Assembly: GCA_046049865.1 (NCBI GenBank)
Contig: JBJOQO010000006.1
Coordinates: 521-64,520 of the forward strand
Direction: 5' to 3'
DNA from: Pseudomonadota bacterium
Lineage (GTDB): Bacteria > Pseudomonadota > Gammaproteobacteria > Burkholderiales > Burkholderiaceae_C
DNA length: 64,000 nucleotides
Under the pieces are notes generated by a model, which was not told the origin of the DNA, did not search any database, and saw nothing but the letters and a program-made list of their open reading frames with translations. Positions 9,024-20,262 of the stretch are shown here, piece by piece. How positions within the stretch are numbered: the first letter of the stretch is position 1; every line of letters starts with the position of its first letter. Made by a program: the position numbers and the translations under genes.

Positions 9024-11330
9024 TCAACCCGGCAATACACGCTGCGCCTTCATCCCCATATCCAGCACCTTGCCTTTGCGAGCCCGTTTGCCTTGGTAGG
9101 CCACCAACGCGGCGGCACGCAAGGTTTCGTCTTTGCTTTTGCCGCCCCGGCCCGTGCCCAACACCTGCAATGTTTGCGCGAACACAGCCACGCTGACCAA
9201 GGCGTCTTTGTCTTCCAAGTCCATCAAGGTCAAACCACGCCCACCATTGGATTGCAGCTTGAGTTCCTCGCGTGGGAATACCAAGAGGCGACCGACGAGG
9301 GACAAACAGGCCACCTGGGAACCCAAGTCGGCGCTCGCTGGCGGGAGGAGCTTTTCTTCCGCCTCCAAGGTGAGGAAACTCTTGCCCCCGCGCTGGCGCG
9401 ACACCAAATCACCGAGCCGCGCCAACAAACCGTAGCCTCCTGTACCGGCCAGTAGCACGGTTTGTTCTGCGTTGCCCGCAAGGTAATGAGATGGCTGAGT
9501 GCCAGTCTCCAAATCGATGAGCGTGGTGATAGGTTGACCGTCGCCGCGCCCACCGGGTAGCAGGCTCACGGCCACCGAATACACCCGGCCATTGCTGCCG
9601 AATACAAGCAGCGGATCCACACTGCGGCAGGCAAAGGTGCCGTAAAGCGCATCGCCCGACTTGAATTGCAGGCTGTCCGCCGCCACCTCGTGCCCTTTGA
9701 GCGCACGCACCCAGCCCTTCATGCTGACCACCACGGTCACGGGTTCATCCACCACCTTGACTTCGGCCACCGCTTTTTTCTCGGCTTGAATCAAGGTGCG
9801 GCGTTCGTCGCCAAACTGTTTGCTGTCCGCCTCGATCTCTTTGATAACGGTGCGTTTCAAGCTGCTCGGATTGTTCAGAATGTCTTCGAGCTTGCCTTGC
9901 TCCAGGCGCAGCTCTTTGAGTTCTTGCTCAATCTTGATGGCTTCCAGCCGGGCCAATTGGCGCAGGCGAATTTCCAGAATGTCATCGGCCTGAATGGCCG
10001 TGAGCTTGAAGCGTTCAATCAGCGCGGCCTTGGGTTCGTCGGCCTGGCGAATGATGCGGATGACTTCATCAATGTTCAGCAGAACCAGCTGACGGCCTTC
10101 CAGCACATGAATACGTGCCAGCACTTTGTCCAGCCGATGCTGGGATCGGCGCTGCACGGTGTCCAGGCGGAAAGTGATCCACTCCTGCAGCATCTGCCGC
10201 AGGCTTTTTTGGGTAGGACGGCCATCCAGACCCACCATGGTGAGGTTGATGGAGCTGGAGGTTTCCAGACTGGTGTGGGCCAGCAAGGTGGTGATGAGTT
10301 CTTGCTGGGGAGTGCGGCTGGTTTTGGGCTCAAACACCAGGCGCACAGCGGCTTCTTTTCCGCTTTCGTCGCGCACCGCATCCAGCACACCCAGCACCGT
10401 GGCCTTGAGTTGCACTTGTTCTGCGGTCAGGGCCTTCTTGCCGGCTTTGACCTTGGGGTTGGTCAGCTCTTCAATTTCTTCCAGCACTTTTTGGGCACTG
10501 GTCCCGGTGGGTAATTCGGTGACCACCAACTGCCACTGGCCGCGCGCCAATTCTTCAATCTTCCAGCGCGCGCGCACTTTGAGGCTGCCGCGGCCACTTT
10601 GGTAGGCCGATTGGATGTCAGCGGCCGGGCTGATGATTTGCCCGCCGCCGGGAAAGTCGGGGCCCGGGATCAATGCAAACAGTTCGTCGTCCGCCAGCTT
10701 GTCGTTGCGAATCAGCGCGACACAAGCGGCTGCCACCTCGCGCAAATTGTGCGACGGCACCTCGGTGGCCAAACCCACTGCAATGCCACTGGCGCCATTG
10801 AGCAGCACAAAAGGCAGGCGAGCCGGAAGCTGCTTGGGCTCGTCAAACGAACCCTCGTAGTTGGGCACGAAGTTGACGGTGCCTTCGTCCAGTTCATCCA
10901 GCAGCAATCGCGTGATCGGGGACAAGCGCGCTTCGGTGTAACGCATGGCGGCTGCGCCATCGCCGTCGCGGGAGCCGAAATTGCCCTGACCGTCGATCAA
11001 CGGATAACGCTGCGAAAAATCCTGCGCCATGCGCACGAGTGCGTCGTAGGCGGCGGTGTCACCGTGCGGGTGGTATTTACCGATCACATCACCGACCACC
11101 CGCGCACTCTTGACCGGCTTGGGGCCGCTGGCGGTGGAACTGTTGGTGTAAGCCAGGCCCAGGCGTTCCATGGCGAACAAGATGCGGCGCTGCACGGGCT
11201 TTTGCCCATCGCACACATCGGGCAAGGCGCGGCCCTTCACGACGCTCAGGGCGTATTCCAGGTAGGCACGTTCGGCGTAGGCCGAGAGGGCGACTTCGTT
11301 GTCGGGGTTGTCAAACAGGGTCGGGTTCAT
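9024..11330 (-). CDS. parC: DNA topoisomerase IV subunit A
   Basis: 768 aa. [34 protein letters not shown] and active-site region [10 protein letters not shown]. Called ParC rather than GyrA from its pairing with the 664-aa ParE-length subunit. Confidence 0.92.
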   Translation of the reverse strand: MNPTLFDNPDNEVALSAYAERAYLEYALSVVKGRALPDVCDGQKPVQRRILFAMERLGLAYTNSSTASGPKPVKSARVVGDVIGKYHPHGDTAAYDALVRMAQDFSQRYPLIDGQGNFGSRDGDGAAAMRYTEARLSPITRLLLDELDEGTVNFVPNYEGSFDEPKQLPARLPFVLLNGASGIAVGLATEVPSHNLREVAAACVALIRNDKLADDELFALIPGPDFPGGGQIISPAADIQSAYQSGRGSLKVRARWKIEELARGQWQLVVTELPTGTSAQKVLEEIEELTNPKVKAGKKALTAEQVQLKATVLGVLDAVRDESGKEAAVRLVFEPKTSRTPQQELITTLLAHTSLETSSSINLTMVGLDGRPTQKSLRQMLQEWITFRLDTVQRRSQHRLDKVLARIHVLEGRQLVLLNIDEVIRIIRQADEPKAALIERFKLTAIQADDILEIRLRQLARLEAIKIEQELKELRLEQGKLEDILNNPSSLKRTVIKEIEADSKQFGDERRTLIQAEKKAVAEVKVVDEPVTVVVSMKGWVRALKGHEVAADSLQFKSGDALYGTFACRSVDPLLVFGSNGRVYSVAVSLLPGGRGDGQPITTLIDLETGTQPSHYLAGNAEQTVLLAGTGGYGLLARLGDLVSRQRGGKSFLTLEAEEKLLPPASADLGSQVACLSLVGRLLVFPREELKLQSNGGRGLTLMDLEDKDALVSVAVFAQTLQVLGTGRGGKSKDETLRAAALVAYQGKRARKGKVLDMGMKAQRVLPG

Positions 11331-11352
11331 TGGCGCTCAAATGGTTCTCGAT

Positions 11353-11442
11353 GGCCGTCATCCCCCTCACCCCAACCCTCTCCCCCGAATACGGTGGAGA
11401 GGGAGCACGTAGCACTCCCTCTCCCGCTTGCGGGAGAGGGTT
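11353..11442. repeat. REP-like nested palindromic element, copy 2
   Basis: CCCTCACCCCAACCCTCTCCCCCGAATACGGTGGAGAGGGAG ... CTCCCTCTCCCGCTTGCGGGAGAGGGTTGGGGTGAGGGC. Lies between the GNAT stop and the parC start. Confidence 0.9.
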
Positions 11443-11493
11443 GGGGTGAGGGCGAGCGACAACCAAACATCCTCTAAATAGCTGCGCGAAACA

Positions 11494-12048
11494 TCAGGGC
11501 GTGGTCAAGGTTTGAGCCCGCGTTTCGTATTCCATCTTCAACAAGGACATGACGATCAAACTGTCGTATCCCTCTGGCGTGAGCACGCTCTCGCGCAAAC
11601 GCCCTTCTTCTACAAAACCTTCGCTGCGGTAAAGCGCTTGGGCGCGCGTATTACGCGACTTCACGTCCAACCAGAAACGGTGGGCACCCAGGTCTTGAAA
11701 AGCCATGCGGGTGAGCAAACGAACACAGGCGCGCCCCAGGCCGTGGCCTTTGTGCTGCAAAACGATGCGCTTGAGCTCCACAGAGTGATGCGGGTTGCGG
11801 CAGCCTTGCAGGATCACGAAACCCGTGCTTTCATAGGCCTGCCCCGACTCAATGATGAAGTGGCGAAAATCCGGGAATCGCACCGCGCCCTCATGCTGTG
11901 TGCGCTCCCAGGGCGTGATGAAGGGCAGGTTGGCCGGGTCTTGCTCCACCGACACCACGAAGTCCAGGTCGGACAACATGGTGGGGCGCAGCCGAACTGG
12001 CACCAAAGACGCGGGTGCATCAAACATCAACTTCCACCGCGTCCCCAT
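11494..12048 (-). CDS. GNAT family N-acetyltransferase
   Basis: 184 aa. Acetyl-CoA-site-like LQHKGHGLGRACVRLL. ATG 12048 overlaps the parE 3' end by 29 nt; the alternative ATG 12027 overlaps by 8 nt. Confidence 0.8.
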   Translation of the reverse strand: MGTRWKLMFDAPASLVPVRLRPTMLSDLDFVVSVEQDPANLPFITPWERTQHEGAVRFPDFRHFIIESGQAYESTGFVILQGCRNPHHSVELKRIVLQHKGHGLGRACVRLLTRMAFQDLGAHRFWLDVKSRNTRAQALYRSEGFVEEGRLRESVLTPEGYDSLIVMSLLKMEYETRAQTLTTP

Positions 12049-14014
12049 GCAACTCCATCAGGTCTCGCCTGGCCTGGGCCTCGCCTTTGCCCATGAGTTT
12101 GGTCAATGACGAGGTGGTCGCATCAAACCCCAGGGCCACGAACTCTACTTTCAGCAAACGGCGCGTCTCGGGGTTGAGCGTGGTTTCCCACAACTGCTCG
12201 GCGTTCATTTCACCCAGGCCTTTGAAGCGCCCGATGCTCCAGCTGCCCTCACGTGCGCCTTCTTTACGCAGCTTGTCCAAGGTGGCATGGAGTTCGCCCT
12301 CGTCCAGCGCGTAAATTTTGGCTGCAGGCTTTTTGCCGCGTGCTGGCGCGTCCACACGAAAGAGGGGCGGCTTGGCAATATAGATGCGGCCTTCTTCAAT
12401 CAGTTTGGGGAAATGACGGAAGAAAAGCGTCAACAGCAGCACCTGGATGTGAGAGCCATCGACGTCAGCATCGCTCAGGATGCACACCTTGCCGTAACGC
12501 AAGCCACTCATGTCCACGTTGTCGGTGGCGCTGTGGGGATCCACGCCCAAAGCCACCGCGATGTCGTGAATTTCGTTGTTGGCAAAGAGGCGGTCTTTTT
12601 CCACTTCCCAGGCGTTGAGCACCTTGCCGCGCAATGGCAATACCGCTTGGGTTTCTTTGTTGCGCCCCATCTTGGCACTGCCGCCGGCGGAGTCGCCCTC
12701 GACCAGAAAAATTTCGTTCAAGTTCAGGTCGCGGCTTTCGCAGTCGGTGAGTTTGCCCGGCAACACGGCCACGCCCGAACCTTTGCGTTTTTCTACTTTT
12801 TGGCTGGCGCGCTGGCGTGTTTGCGCTTGTTTGATAACGAGCTCGGCCAGCTTTTTGCCCAAATCGACATGCTGATTCAGCCACAACTCCAGCGGCGGCT
12901 TGACGGCCATGGACACCAGGCGCAGCGCATCGCGGCTGTTCAGCCGTTCTTTGATCTGGCCTTGGAATTGCGGGTCCAGCACCTTGGCCGAGAGCACGAA
13001 ACTCGCACGGCAGAACACGTCTTCCGGCATCAGCTTCACACCTTTGGGCAAGAGGCTGTGCATGTCGATGAAGGCTTTGATGGCACCAAAAAGGCCATCC
13101 TTCAAACCCGACTCGTGGGTGCCACCGGCCACCGTGGGGATCAGGTTCACATAACTTTCACGCATCGGCGTACCGTCTTCGGTGAAGGCCACACACCACG
13201 CGGCGCCCTCCCCTTCGGCCACGTCTTCTGCCTCCTGTCCGGTGGCGTAGTGTTCGCCTTCGAAAAGCGGGATCACCGGGTCTGCCGTGAGGGTCTGCAT
13301 CAGGTAGTCACGCAAACCACCCTTGTAAAGCCACTGCTGCACCTCGCCCGTTTTTTCATAGGTGAGGGAGACGCTCACCCCCGGCATCAGTACCGCCTTG
13401 CTGCGCAGCAGATGGGTCAACTCTGCCTTCGGAAACTCGGCACTCTCGAAATATTTGGCGTCGGGCCAGGCCCGCACCGTGGTACCTGACTTGCGGTCGC
13501 CAGAAGCTTGCTTGCGCAAACTCAAGGGCTCGATCACATCGCCCCCCGAGAAAGTGAGCGTGGCCACTTGCTGTTCGCGCCACACCGACACTTCCAGCCG
13601 CTTGGCCAGCGCATTGGTCACGCTCACGCCCACCCCATGCAGACCGCCAGAAAAACTGTAGGCGCCACCCGCGCCCTTGTCGAACTTGCCGCCTGCATGC
13701 AAACGGGTGAACACGATCTCCACCACGGGCACTTTTTCTTCCGGATGCAGGCCAAAGGGGATGCCTCGGCCATCGTCCTGGACGCTGACGGAGCCATCGG
13801 CATGCACCGTCACATCGATGCGTTTGCCTTGGCCGGCCAGTGCTTCGTCGGCGGCGTTGTCGATCACCTCTTGGATGATGTGCAGCGGGTTGTCGGTGCG
13901 GGTGTACATGCCCGGGCGCTGCTTGACGGGCTCTAAGCCCTTGAGCACACGGATGGACGACTCGCCGTAGTTTGAGTCAGACTTAGACGAATTGGATTTG
14001 CTTGAACTGGCCAT
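12020..14014 (-). CDS. parE: DNA topoisomerase IV subunit B
   Basis: 664 aa. GHKL ATPase N-domain (LEPVKQRPGMYT, IDNAADEA), Toprim EGDSAGGSAK, PLRGKVLN. Confidence 0.93.
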   Translation of the reverse strand: MASSSKSNSSKSDSNYGESSIRVLKGLEPVKQRPGMYTRTDNPLHIIQEVIDNAADEALAGQGKRIDVTVHADGSVSVQDDGRGIPFGLHPEEKVPVVEIVFTRLHAGGKFDKGAGGAYSFSGGLHGVGVSVTNALAKRLEVSVWREQQVATLTFSGGDVIEPLSLRKQASGDRKSGTTVRAWPDAKYFESAEFPKAELTHLLRSKAVLMPGVSVSLTYEKTGEVQQWLYKGGLRDYLMQTLTADPVIPLFEGEHYATGQEAEDVAEGEGAAWCVAFTEDGTPMRESYVNLIPTVAGGTHESGLKDGLFGAIKAFIDMHSLLPKGVKLMPEDVFCRASFVLSAKVLDPQFQGQIKERLNSRDALRLVSMAVKPPLELWLNQHVDLGKKLAELVIKQAQTRQRASQKVEKRKGSGVAVLPGKLTDCESRDLNLNEIFLVEGDSAGGSAKMGRNKETQAVLPLRGKVLNAWEVEKDRLFANNEIHDIAVALGVDPHSATDNVDMSGLRYGKVCILSDADVDGSHIQVLLLTLFFRHFPKLIEEGRIYIAKPPLFRVDAPARGKKPAAKIYALDEGELHATLDKLRKEGAREGSWSIGRFKGLGEMNAEQLWETTLNPETRRLLKVEFVALGFDATTSSLTKLMGKGEAQARRDLMELHGDAVEVDV

Positions 14015-14072
14015 GGGCGCGCATTGTAGGCAGCCGCATGCAGCCCTCTCGGGTTTGAACTACAGTGCCCCT

Positions 14073-15305
14073 ATGCAAGAAAAAGCCCCTTCCCAAGCTG
14101 CACCTGCTTTGTCGATGACCCAAGTGCTGCTGTGCGGCGCTGCCATCGTCACCCTGTCCATGGGCATACGACACGGTTTTGGTTTGTGGTTGCAGCCTAT
14201 CACCATGGAACGCGGCTGGACGCGTGAAACCTTTGCTTTTGCAATGGCCGTGCAAAACCTGGCCTGGGGCATTGCCGGGCCCGTGGCGGGCATGCTGGCC
14301 GACCGATTTGGCGCGTTTCGTGTGCTGATTGGCGGTGCAATGCTCTACGCCGTGGGTTTGGTTTTGATGGCGTTGGCCACTTCAGGCCTGGCCTTCACTG
14401 GCAGTGCCGGGCTCCTGATCGGCATGGCCCAATCAGGTACCACTTATGCAGTGATCTATGGCGTGATTGGGCGCAATGTGGCCCCAGAAAAACGCAGTTG
14501 GGCCATGGGCGTGGCAGCAGCAGCGGGGTCTTTCGGACAGTTTTTAATGGTACCCGTGGAAAACTGGCTCATCAGTGACTTCGGTTGGCAAAACGCGCTC
14601 ATTATTTTGGGCTGCCTGGCCCTGGCAATGATTCCCCTGGCCTGGGGACTGCGCGAACCAGCCAAAGCAGCTGCCACGGGCTTTCAGCAAAGTATTTCTC
14701 AAGCCGTGCGTGAGGCCTTCAGTTACCCGAGTTTCCAGCTGCTGATGGCTGGCTATTTTGTGTGTGGCTTCCAAGTGGTTTTCATCGGCGTGCACATGCC
14801 CAGCTATCTGAAAGACAACGGTCTTTCGCCCGATGTGGCCACAACGGCGTTGGCGTTGATCGGACTCTTCAATGTGGTGGGCACCTATTTGTCAGGAACC
14901 CTCGGTCAGCGCCTGCCGAAACGACTGATCCTCTCAACCATTTACGCGCTGCGGTCGGTCGCCATCGTGCTGTTCTTGTGGCTGCCACTGACACCTTGGA
15001 GTGTCTACATTTTCTCCGCCGTGATGGGTGTGTTGTGGCTGTCCACCGTCCCGCCCACTAACGCGATCGTTGCACAGGTATTTGGCGTGCAGTATCTCTC
15101 CATGCTGGGTGGTTTCGTATTCTTAAGCCATCAAGTGGGCAGCTTCATGGGCGTCTGGTTAGGCGGAAAACTCTATGACAACACCGGCAGCTACGACATA
15201 GTGTGGTGGATCGCCATTGGTTTGGGCGTTTTCGCCGCTTTGGTCAACCTGCCCTTGAAAGAAAGCGCCATCGTTCGCCTTCCGGCAACGGGCTTGGCTC
15301 GTTGA
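14073..15305 (+). CDS. MFS transporter
   Basis: About 12 predicted TM segments and the loop GMLADRFGAFRVL. Start re-set to ATG 14073 (MQEKAPS), which removes the track's overlap with the parE start. Confidence 0.8.
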   Translation: MQEKAPSQAAPALSMTQVLLCGAAIVTLSMGIRHGFGLWLQPITMERGWTRETFAFAMAVQNLAWGIAGPVAGMLADRFGAFRVLIGGAMLYAVGLVLMALATSGLAFTGSAGLLIGMAQSGTTYAVIYGVIGRNVAPEKRSWAMGVAAAAGSFGQFLMVPVENWLISDFGWQNALIILGCLALAMIPLAWGLREPAKAAATGFQQSISQAVREAFSYPSFQLLMAGYFVCGFQVVFIGVHMPSYLKDNGLSPDVATTALALIGLFNVVGTYLSGTLGQRLPKRLILSTIYALRSVAIVLFLWLPLTPWSVYIFSAVMGVLWLSTVPPTNAIVAQVFGVQYLSMLGGFVFLSHQVGSFMGVWLGGKLYDNTGSYDIVWWIAIGLGVFAALVNLPLKESAIVRLPATGLAR

Positions 15306-15334
15306 ACCTGGTAGCGACTCACTCCACCATCGCC

Positions 15335-15466
15335 ATGCGTAAACCATCCATGCACCGTGTATTGCTGTGGGGCGCGGCCGGTGTAGCCTTAGCCTTGGTG
15401 TTTTTCGCCTACCTACAGCCCCACATGGCGCTCGCGCTGGCTACCCAACTGTGGAACTGCTTTTGA
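15335..15466 (+). CDS. possible small single-TM protein (43 aa)
   Basis: MRKPSMHRVLLWGAAGVALALVFFAYLQPHMALALATQLWNCF. Positive N-terminus followed by one hydrophobic helix. No recognisable family. Confidence 0.3.
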   Translation: MRKPSMHRVLLWGAAGVALALVFFAYLQPHMALALATQLWNCF

Positions 15467-15527
15467 AGCCGCGGATCGGAGCCACTGGGCGGGCGGCTAA
15501 AATGAATGCTTCGCTAGGAAAACACTC

Positions 15528-16409
15528 ATGACACCGATCACTGGAAGTACCGTGGCCTTGGTCACACCCATGTTGGAAGACGGCAGCATCGACTTTGATG
15601 GTTTGCGCCAACTGGTAGATTGGCACATCGCAGAAGGCACAGACTGCATCGGCGTCGTCGGCACCACAGGCGAGTCACCGACTGTCAATGTGGAAGAACA
15701 CGGAGAAATCATCCGGGTGGCGGTGGAGCATGCCAAGGGGCGTGTACCCATCATGGCAGGCACAGGCGCCAATTCGACCCAAGAAGCGATTGAACTGTCA
15801 CAGTTCGCCAAGAAGGTCGGCGCGACCTGCAGCTTGTCTGTGGTGCCCTACTACAACAAGCCGTCCCAAGAAGGTATTTACCAGCACTTCAAGGCCATTG
15901 CCGAAGCGGTGGACATTCCTATGGTGCTGTACAACGTACCGGGCCGAACAGTCGCCGATATGTCGGTGGAGACCACGCTGCGTCTGGCCCAGGTGCCTGG
16001 CGTGGTCGGCATCAAAGAGGCCAGCGGCAACATTGAGCGCGCTTGCTCGCTGATCAAACACGCCCCCAAGGGTTTCTCCATTTATTCGGGCGACGATCCC
16101 ACCGCGGTGGCTTTGATGTTGCTTGGCGGCCATGGCAATGTCAGCGTCACCGCCAACGTCGCACCACGTTTGATGCACGAGCTGTGTGTGGCCGCCATGC
16201 AGGGCCGTGTTCGCGAAGCCACCGCCCTGCACTTCAAATTGTTGTCACTGCACAAGCATTTGTTTGTGGAACCTAGCCCCGCACCCACAAAATGGGCGCT
16301 GTCTCGAATGGGGCGTTGCCGCGACGTGCTGCGGTTGCCCATCACGCCACTGTCTACTGCAGGACAAACTGTCGTGGACCAAGCACTTAGAGACGCGGGC
16401 GTGCTTTGA
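15528..16409 (+). CDS. dapA: 4-hydroxy-tetrahydrodipicolinate synthase
   Basis: 293 aa. [32 protein letters not shown] (Schiff-base Lys). Confidence 0.96.
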   Translation: MTPITGSTVALVTPMLEDGSIDFDGLRQLVDWHIAEGTDCIGVVGTTGESPTVNVEEHGEIIRVAVEHAKGRVPIMAGTGANSTQEAIELSQFAKKVGATCSLSVVPYYNKPSQEGIYQHFKAIAEAVDIPMVLYNVPGRTVADMSVETTLRLAQVPGVVGIKEASGNIERACSLIKHAPKGFSIYSGDDPTAVALMLLGGHGNVSVTANVAPRLMHELCVAAMQGRVREATALHFKLLSLHKHLFVEPSPAPTKWALSRMGRCRDVLRLPITPLSTAGQTVVDQALRDAGVL

Positions 16410-16492
16410 TTTGCAAACCGCACAGCGGCAATGACCTTCCGCGCATTCCTCGTGCGTTGGCCTTTTTCTCCCTCCCTTTGGAGCCACACCCT

Positions 16493-17701
16493 GTGATTCT
16501 TTCAACTCGGTCTAAAACACACACAAGCCGCTCTGTGCGAGCCATGTTGTTGCCAGTCGCCGCCACCTTGGTGGTGACAAGCCAACTGATGGGATGTTCC
16601 ACCATCGAGAACTTCGTCGGTGGTGACAAGGTCGACTACAAAACGAGTGGTGGGAAAAAAAGCGCCGGCCTGGAAATTCCCCCGGACCTCACACAGCTGG
16701 CCCGCGACCCCCGCTACCAGCCCTCGTCCGGCGCGGTCAGTGCAAACGCGCTTCAAGCGCCGGCCGCCGTGGCGCCGCAAACCAGCACCAATGTCGTAAC
16801 CACTGTGAATGTTGGCTCAGGTACCGCTGCCTCGCCAACCGGTGCGGTCGCCGACATGCGGATCGAGCGGTCAGGCAACCAGCGATGGCTGAGTACGCCC
16901 TTGCCTCCGGAAAAGTTGTGGCCTCAGTTGCAAATTTTTTGGGCTGAGCGCGGTTTTGTATTGATCACAGACCAAGCCGAGTTCGGTGTGATGGAAACCG
17001 AATGGGCTGAGAACCGCGCCAAGTTGCCGCAAGACATCATTCGCCAAACCATAGGCAGAGTTTTCGATTCGGCTTACTCCACGGGTGAGCGCGACAAGTT
17101 CAGAACTCGGGTGGAGCGCACGCAAAATGGATCCGAGATCTACGTCAGCCACCGCGGTGTAGCCGAGGTATACAGCAGCCAGCAAAAAGACAGCACCGTT
17201 TGGCAACCACGCCCCAACGACCCGCAGCTCGAAGCTGAGTTTTTGCAGCGACTGATGGTCAAACTTGGCGCAAAAGATGATCAGGCCACGCTGGCAGTTG
17301 CTTCCGTCGCTCCCCCCGCTGCCAAAGCGCGTGTGATTGACGGCGCTGTTGAGCCGAGCTTGCAAATGGACGATGGATTTGACCGCGCTTGGCGTCGCGT
17401 GGGACTGGCTCTGGATCGCAGCGGCTTTACCGTTGAAGACCGTGACCGATCTCAAGGCGTGTACTTCGTGCGCTACGTGGACTCGTCCTCAGGCGCTAAG
17501 AAAGACGAAGGCGGATTGTTCAGCCGTATCTTCTCTTTCGGAAAATCGGACAACGACAAGTCCGCTTTGGCCCGCTACCGCGTCACGGTGAAAGCGGATG
17601 GCGATCGCAGCGTCGTGGCCGTGTCACCGGCTCAGGGAAATAGTGGCAACCCTGTTGTCGGCAAACGCATCGTGAGCTTGCTGGTGGACGAACTCAAATA
17701 A
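16493..17701 (+). CDS. bamC: outer membrane protein assembly factor BamC (lipoprotein)
   Basis: Follows dapA as in E. coli (dapA-bamC). Signal peptide with a basic n-region and lipobox QLMGC. GTG 16493 is preceded by GGAG (16480-16483); ATG 16544 is the alternative start. Confidence 0.75.
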   Translation: MILSTRSKTHTSRSVRAMLLPVAATLVVTSQLMGCSTIENFVGGDKVDYKTSGGKKSAGLEIPPDLTQLARDPRYQPSSGAVSANALQAPAAVAPQTSTNVVTTVNVGSGTAASPTGAVADMRIERSGNQRWLSTPLPPEKLWPQLQIFWAERGFVLITDQAEFGVMETEWAENRAKLPQDIIRQTIGRVFDSAYSTGERDKFRTRVERTQNGSEIYVSHRGVAEVYSSQQKDSTVWQPRPNDPQLEAEFLQRLMVKLGAKDDQATLAVASVAPPAAKARVIDGAVEPSLQMDDGFDRAWRRVGLALDRSGFTVEDRDRSQGVYFVRYVDSSSGAKKDEGGLFSRIFSFGKSDNDKSALARYRVTVKADGDRSVVAVSPAQGNSGNPVVGKRIVSLLVDELK

Positions 17702-17910
17702 ACGACCCACAAGTCAGAGCGTTGCCTCGCGTCGCGAGTCAAAAATATCGAGACAAAATAAAAACAATGGTTTGGGTTCTAGGGCGAGGCGCAACCCACA
17801 GGAATACCCAGCGGTATCGCTCGGATTTGCTTGCGGCGCTTGACGGATGACAACGCGAGTGCACGTGAGCGTTTTGGTGAAACGCAGTGCCAGGCCGAAA
17901 CTGAGCAATA

Positions 17911-17935
17911 AAAACGGGAGCCGAGGCTCCCGTTT
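17911..17935. terminator. intrinsic terminator, strongest for clpA (minus strand)
   Basis: Stem CGGGAGC (17915-17921) / GCTCCCG (17926-17932). A-run on the left (T-run on the minus strand) and TTTGGTTT on the right. Lies 24 nt past the clpA stop. Confidence 0.75.
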
Positions 17936-17958
17936 GGTTTAACCCGAACCCCGTTAAC

Positions 17959-20262
17959 TCAAGCTGTCGCTGGCTCAGCCTTGGGCTTGTCACTCTTTTT
18001 GTGCGGTTGAATGTCAAGCCCTGCTTGCCCTTCGGCGTCGACGTCCACCGTAAGGCGACCACCGTCAACCAAGCGCCCGAACAAGAGTTCGTCGGCCAAA
18101 GCTCGCCTGATGGTGTCTTGGATCAGACGCTGCATGGGCCTGGCACCCATCAGCGGGTCGAAGCCTTTGACTGCCAGGTGTTTGCGCAAACCATCAGTGA
18201 ACGTGACTTCCACTTTTTTCTCGGCCAGTTGGCTTTCCAACTGCAGCAAGAACTTATCGACCACCCGCATGATGATGTCTTGGTCCAGCGCACGGAAGCT
18301 CACGATGGCATCCAAACGATTGCGGAACTCGGGCGTGAAGAGGCGTTTGATGTCCGCCATCTCGTCACCCGACTCGCGCGCATTGGTGAAACCAATGGTG
18401 GACTTGTTCATGGTCTCGGCGCCCGCGTTCGTCGTCATGATGATGATGACGTTGCGGAAGTCGGCCTTGCGCCCGTTGTTGTCGGTCAAGGTGCCGTGGT
18501 CCATCACCTGTAGCAGGACGTTGAACACATCAGGATGGGCTTTTTCGATTTCGTCCAACAACAAAACGCAGTGCGGCTTTTTGCCGATGGCCTCGGTCAA
18601 GAGACCGCCCTGATCAAAACCGACATAACCCGGCGGGGCACCAATCAAGCGGCTGACGGCATGGCGCTCCATGTACTCGCTCATGTCGAAACGAATCAGG
18701 TCAATGCCCAAGATGTAGGCCAACTGTTTAGCCGCTTCGGTTTTGCCAACGCCCGTGGGTCCGCTGAACAAGAACGCGCCAATCGGCTTGTCAGGTTTGC
18801 CCAGACCAGAGCGTGCCATCTTGATCGAAGACGCCAGCGCATCCAGCGCCGGATCTTGCCCAAACACCACACTCTTCAAATCGCGGTCCAGGCTCTTGAG
18901 CTTGGATCGGTCGTCGGTGGACACACTGGCAGGCGGAATGCGCGCAATCTTGGCGACGATTTCTTCGACCTCGTTACGCGTGATGGTTTTCTTTTGTTTG
19001 CTCTTGGGCAAGATGCGCTGCGCCGCACCCGCTTCATCAATCACGTCAATGGCTTTATCGGGCAAATGACGGTCGTTGATGAATTTGGCCGACAACTCAG
19101 CGGCGGCTTGCAAGGCACCGAGTGCGTACTTCACGCTGTGGTGTTCTTCGTAACGCGACTTCAGGCCCTTGAGGATTTCAACCGTTTGCTCGACAGAAGG
19201 CTCAACCACATCCACCTTTTGGAAGCGGCGCGACAAGGCTGCGTCTTTTTCAAAGATGCCGCGGTACTCGGTGAAAGTGGTGGCGCCGATGCATTTCATG
19301 GCACCAGAACTCAGTGCGGGTTTGAGCAGATTGCTGGCATCAAGTGTGCCACCTGAAGCGGCACCAGCACCAATCAAGGTGTGAATTTCGTCAATGAAAA
19401 GCACGGCATTGGACATGTCTTTGAGGTGCTTGAGCACGCCCTTCAAGCGCTGCTCAAAATCGCCCCGGTACTTGGTGCCCGCGAGCAAAGCACCCATGTC
19501 AAGGGAGTACACGGTGGCATCAGCCAAGACCTCGGGAACATCCCCCTGGGTGATGCGCCATGCCAAGCCTTCAGCAATCGCTGTTTTGCCCACGCCAGCT
19601 TCACCCACCAACAGCGGGTTGTTCTTGCGCCGGCGGCACAAAATTTGGATCACACGCTCGACCTCGTGTTCGCGGCCAATGAGCGGATCAATCTTGCCTT
19701 CGCGAGCGAAGTTGTTGAGGTTTTGCGTGAACTGATCCAGGGGCGACCCTTTGCCGTCGCCCTCCTCTTTCTCGGCTTGGGTTTCGGTCGCACCATCGCT
19801 GGGTTTGGCGGGTTCGGGCGGGTCGGTCTTCTTGATGCCATGAGCGATGAAATTCACCACATCCAAACGTGTCACGCCTTGCTGGTGAAGGTAGTAAACC
19901 GCGTGCGAATCTTTTTCACCAAATATCGCGACCAGGACATTGGCGCCGGTGACTTCCTTTTTGCCACTGCCTGTGGACTGCACATGCATGATGGCGCGCT
20001 GGATCACACGCTGAAAACCGAGGGTCGGTTGGGTGTCGACTTCGTCGTTGCCACCAACCGTGGGGGTGTTCTCTTTGATGAACTGCGTCAAACTCTTGCG
20101 CAGGTCGTCCAGGTTGGCGGAACAAGCCCGCAACACCTCGGCTGCGGAGGGGTTGTCGAGCAAGGCCATGAGCAAGTGCTCAACGGTGATGAATTCGTGT
20201 CGCTGCTGCCGGGCTTCCACAAAAGCCATGTGCAGGCTGACTTCAAGTTCTTGGGCAATCAT
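17959..20262 (-). CDS. clpA: ATP-dependent Clp protease ATP-binding subunit ClpA
   Basis: N-terminal Clp repeat domain and two AAA+ modules (GEAGVGKT; GPTGVGKT). ATG 20262 (MIAQELEV) forms an ATGA overlap with the clpS stop. Confidence 0.96.
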   Translation of the reverse strand: MIAQELEVSLHMAFVEARQQRHEFITVEHLLMALLDNPSAAEVLRACSANLDDLRKSLTQFIKENTPTVGGNDEVDTQPTLGFQRVIQRAIMHVQSTGSGKKEVTGANVLVAIFGEKDSHAVYYLHQQGVTRLDVVNFIAHGIKKTDPPEPAKPSDGATETQAEKEEGDGKGSPLDQFTQNLNNFAREGKIDPLIGREHEVERVIQILCRRRKNNPLLVGEAGVGKTAIAEGLAWRITQGDVPEVLADATVYSLDMGALLAGTKYRGDFEQRLKGVLKHLKDMSNAVLFIDEIHTLIGAGAASGGTLDASNLLKPALSSGAMKCIGATTFTEYRGIFEKDAALSRRFQKVDVVEPSVEQTVEILKGLKSRYEEHHSVKYALGALQAAAELSAKFINDRHLPDKAIDVIDEAGAAQRILPKSKQKKTITRNEVEEIVAKIARIPPASVSTDDRSKLKSLDRDLKSVVFGQDPALDALASSIKMARSGLGKPDKPIGAFLFSGPTGVGKTEAAKQLAYILGIDLIRFDMSEYMERHAVSRLIGAPPGYVGFDQGGLLTEAIGKKPHCVLLLDEIEKAHPDVFNVLLQVMDHGTLTDNNGRKADFRNVIIIMTTNAGAETMNKSTIGFTNARESGDEMADIKRLFTPEFRNRLDAIVSFRALDQDIIMRVVDKFLLQLESQLAEKKVEVTFTDGLRKHLAVKGFDPLMGARPMQRLIQDTIRRALADELLFGRLVDGGRLTVDVDAEGQAGLDIQPHKKSDKPKAEPATA

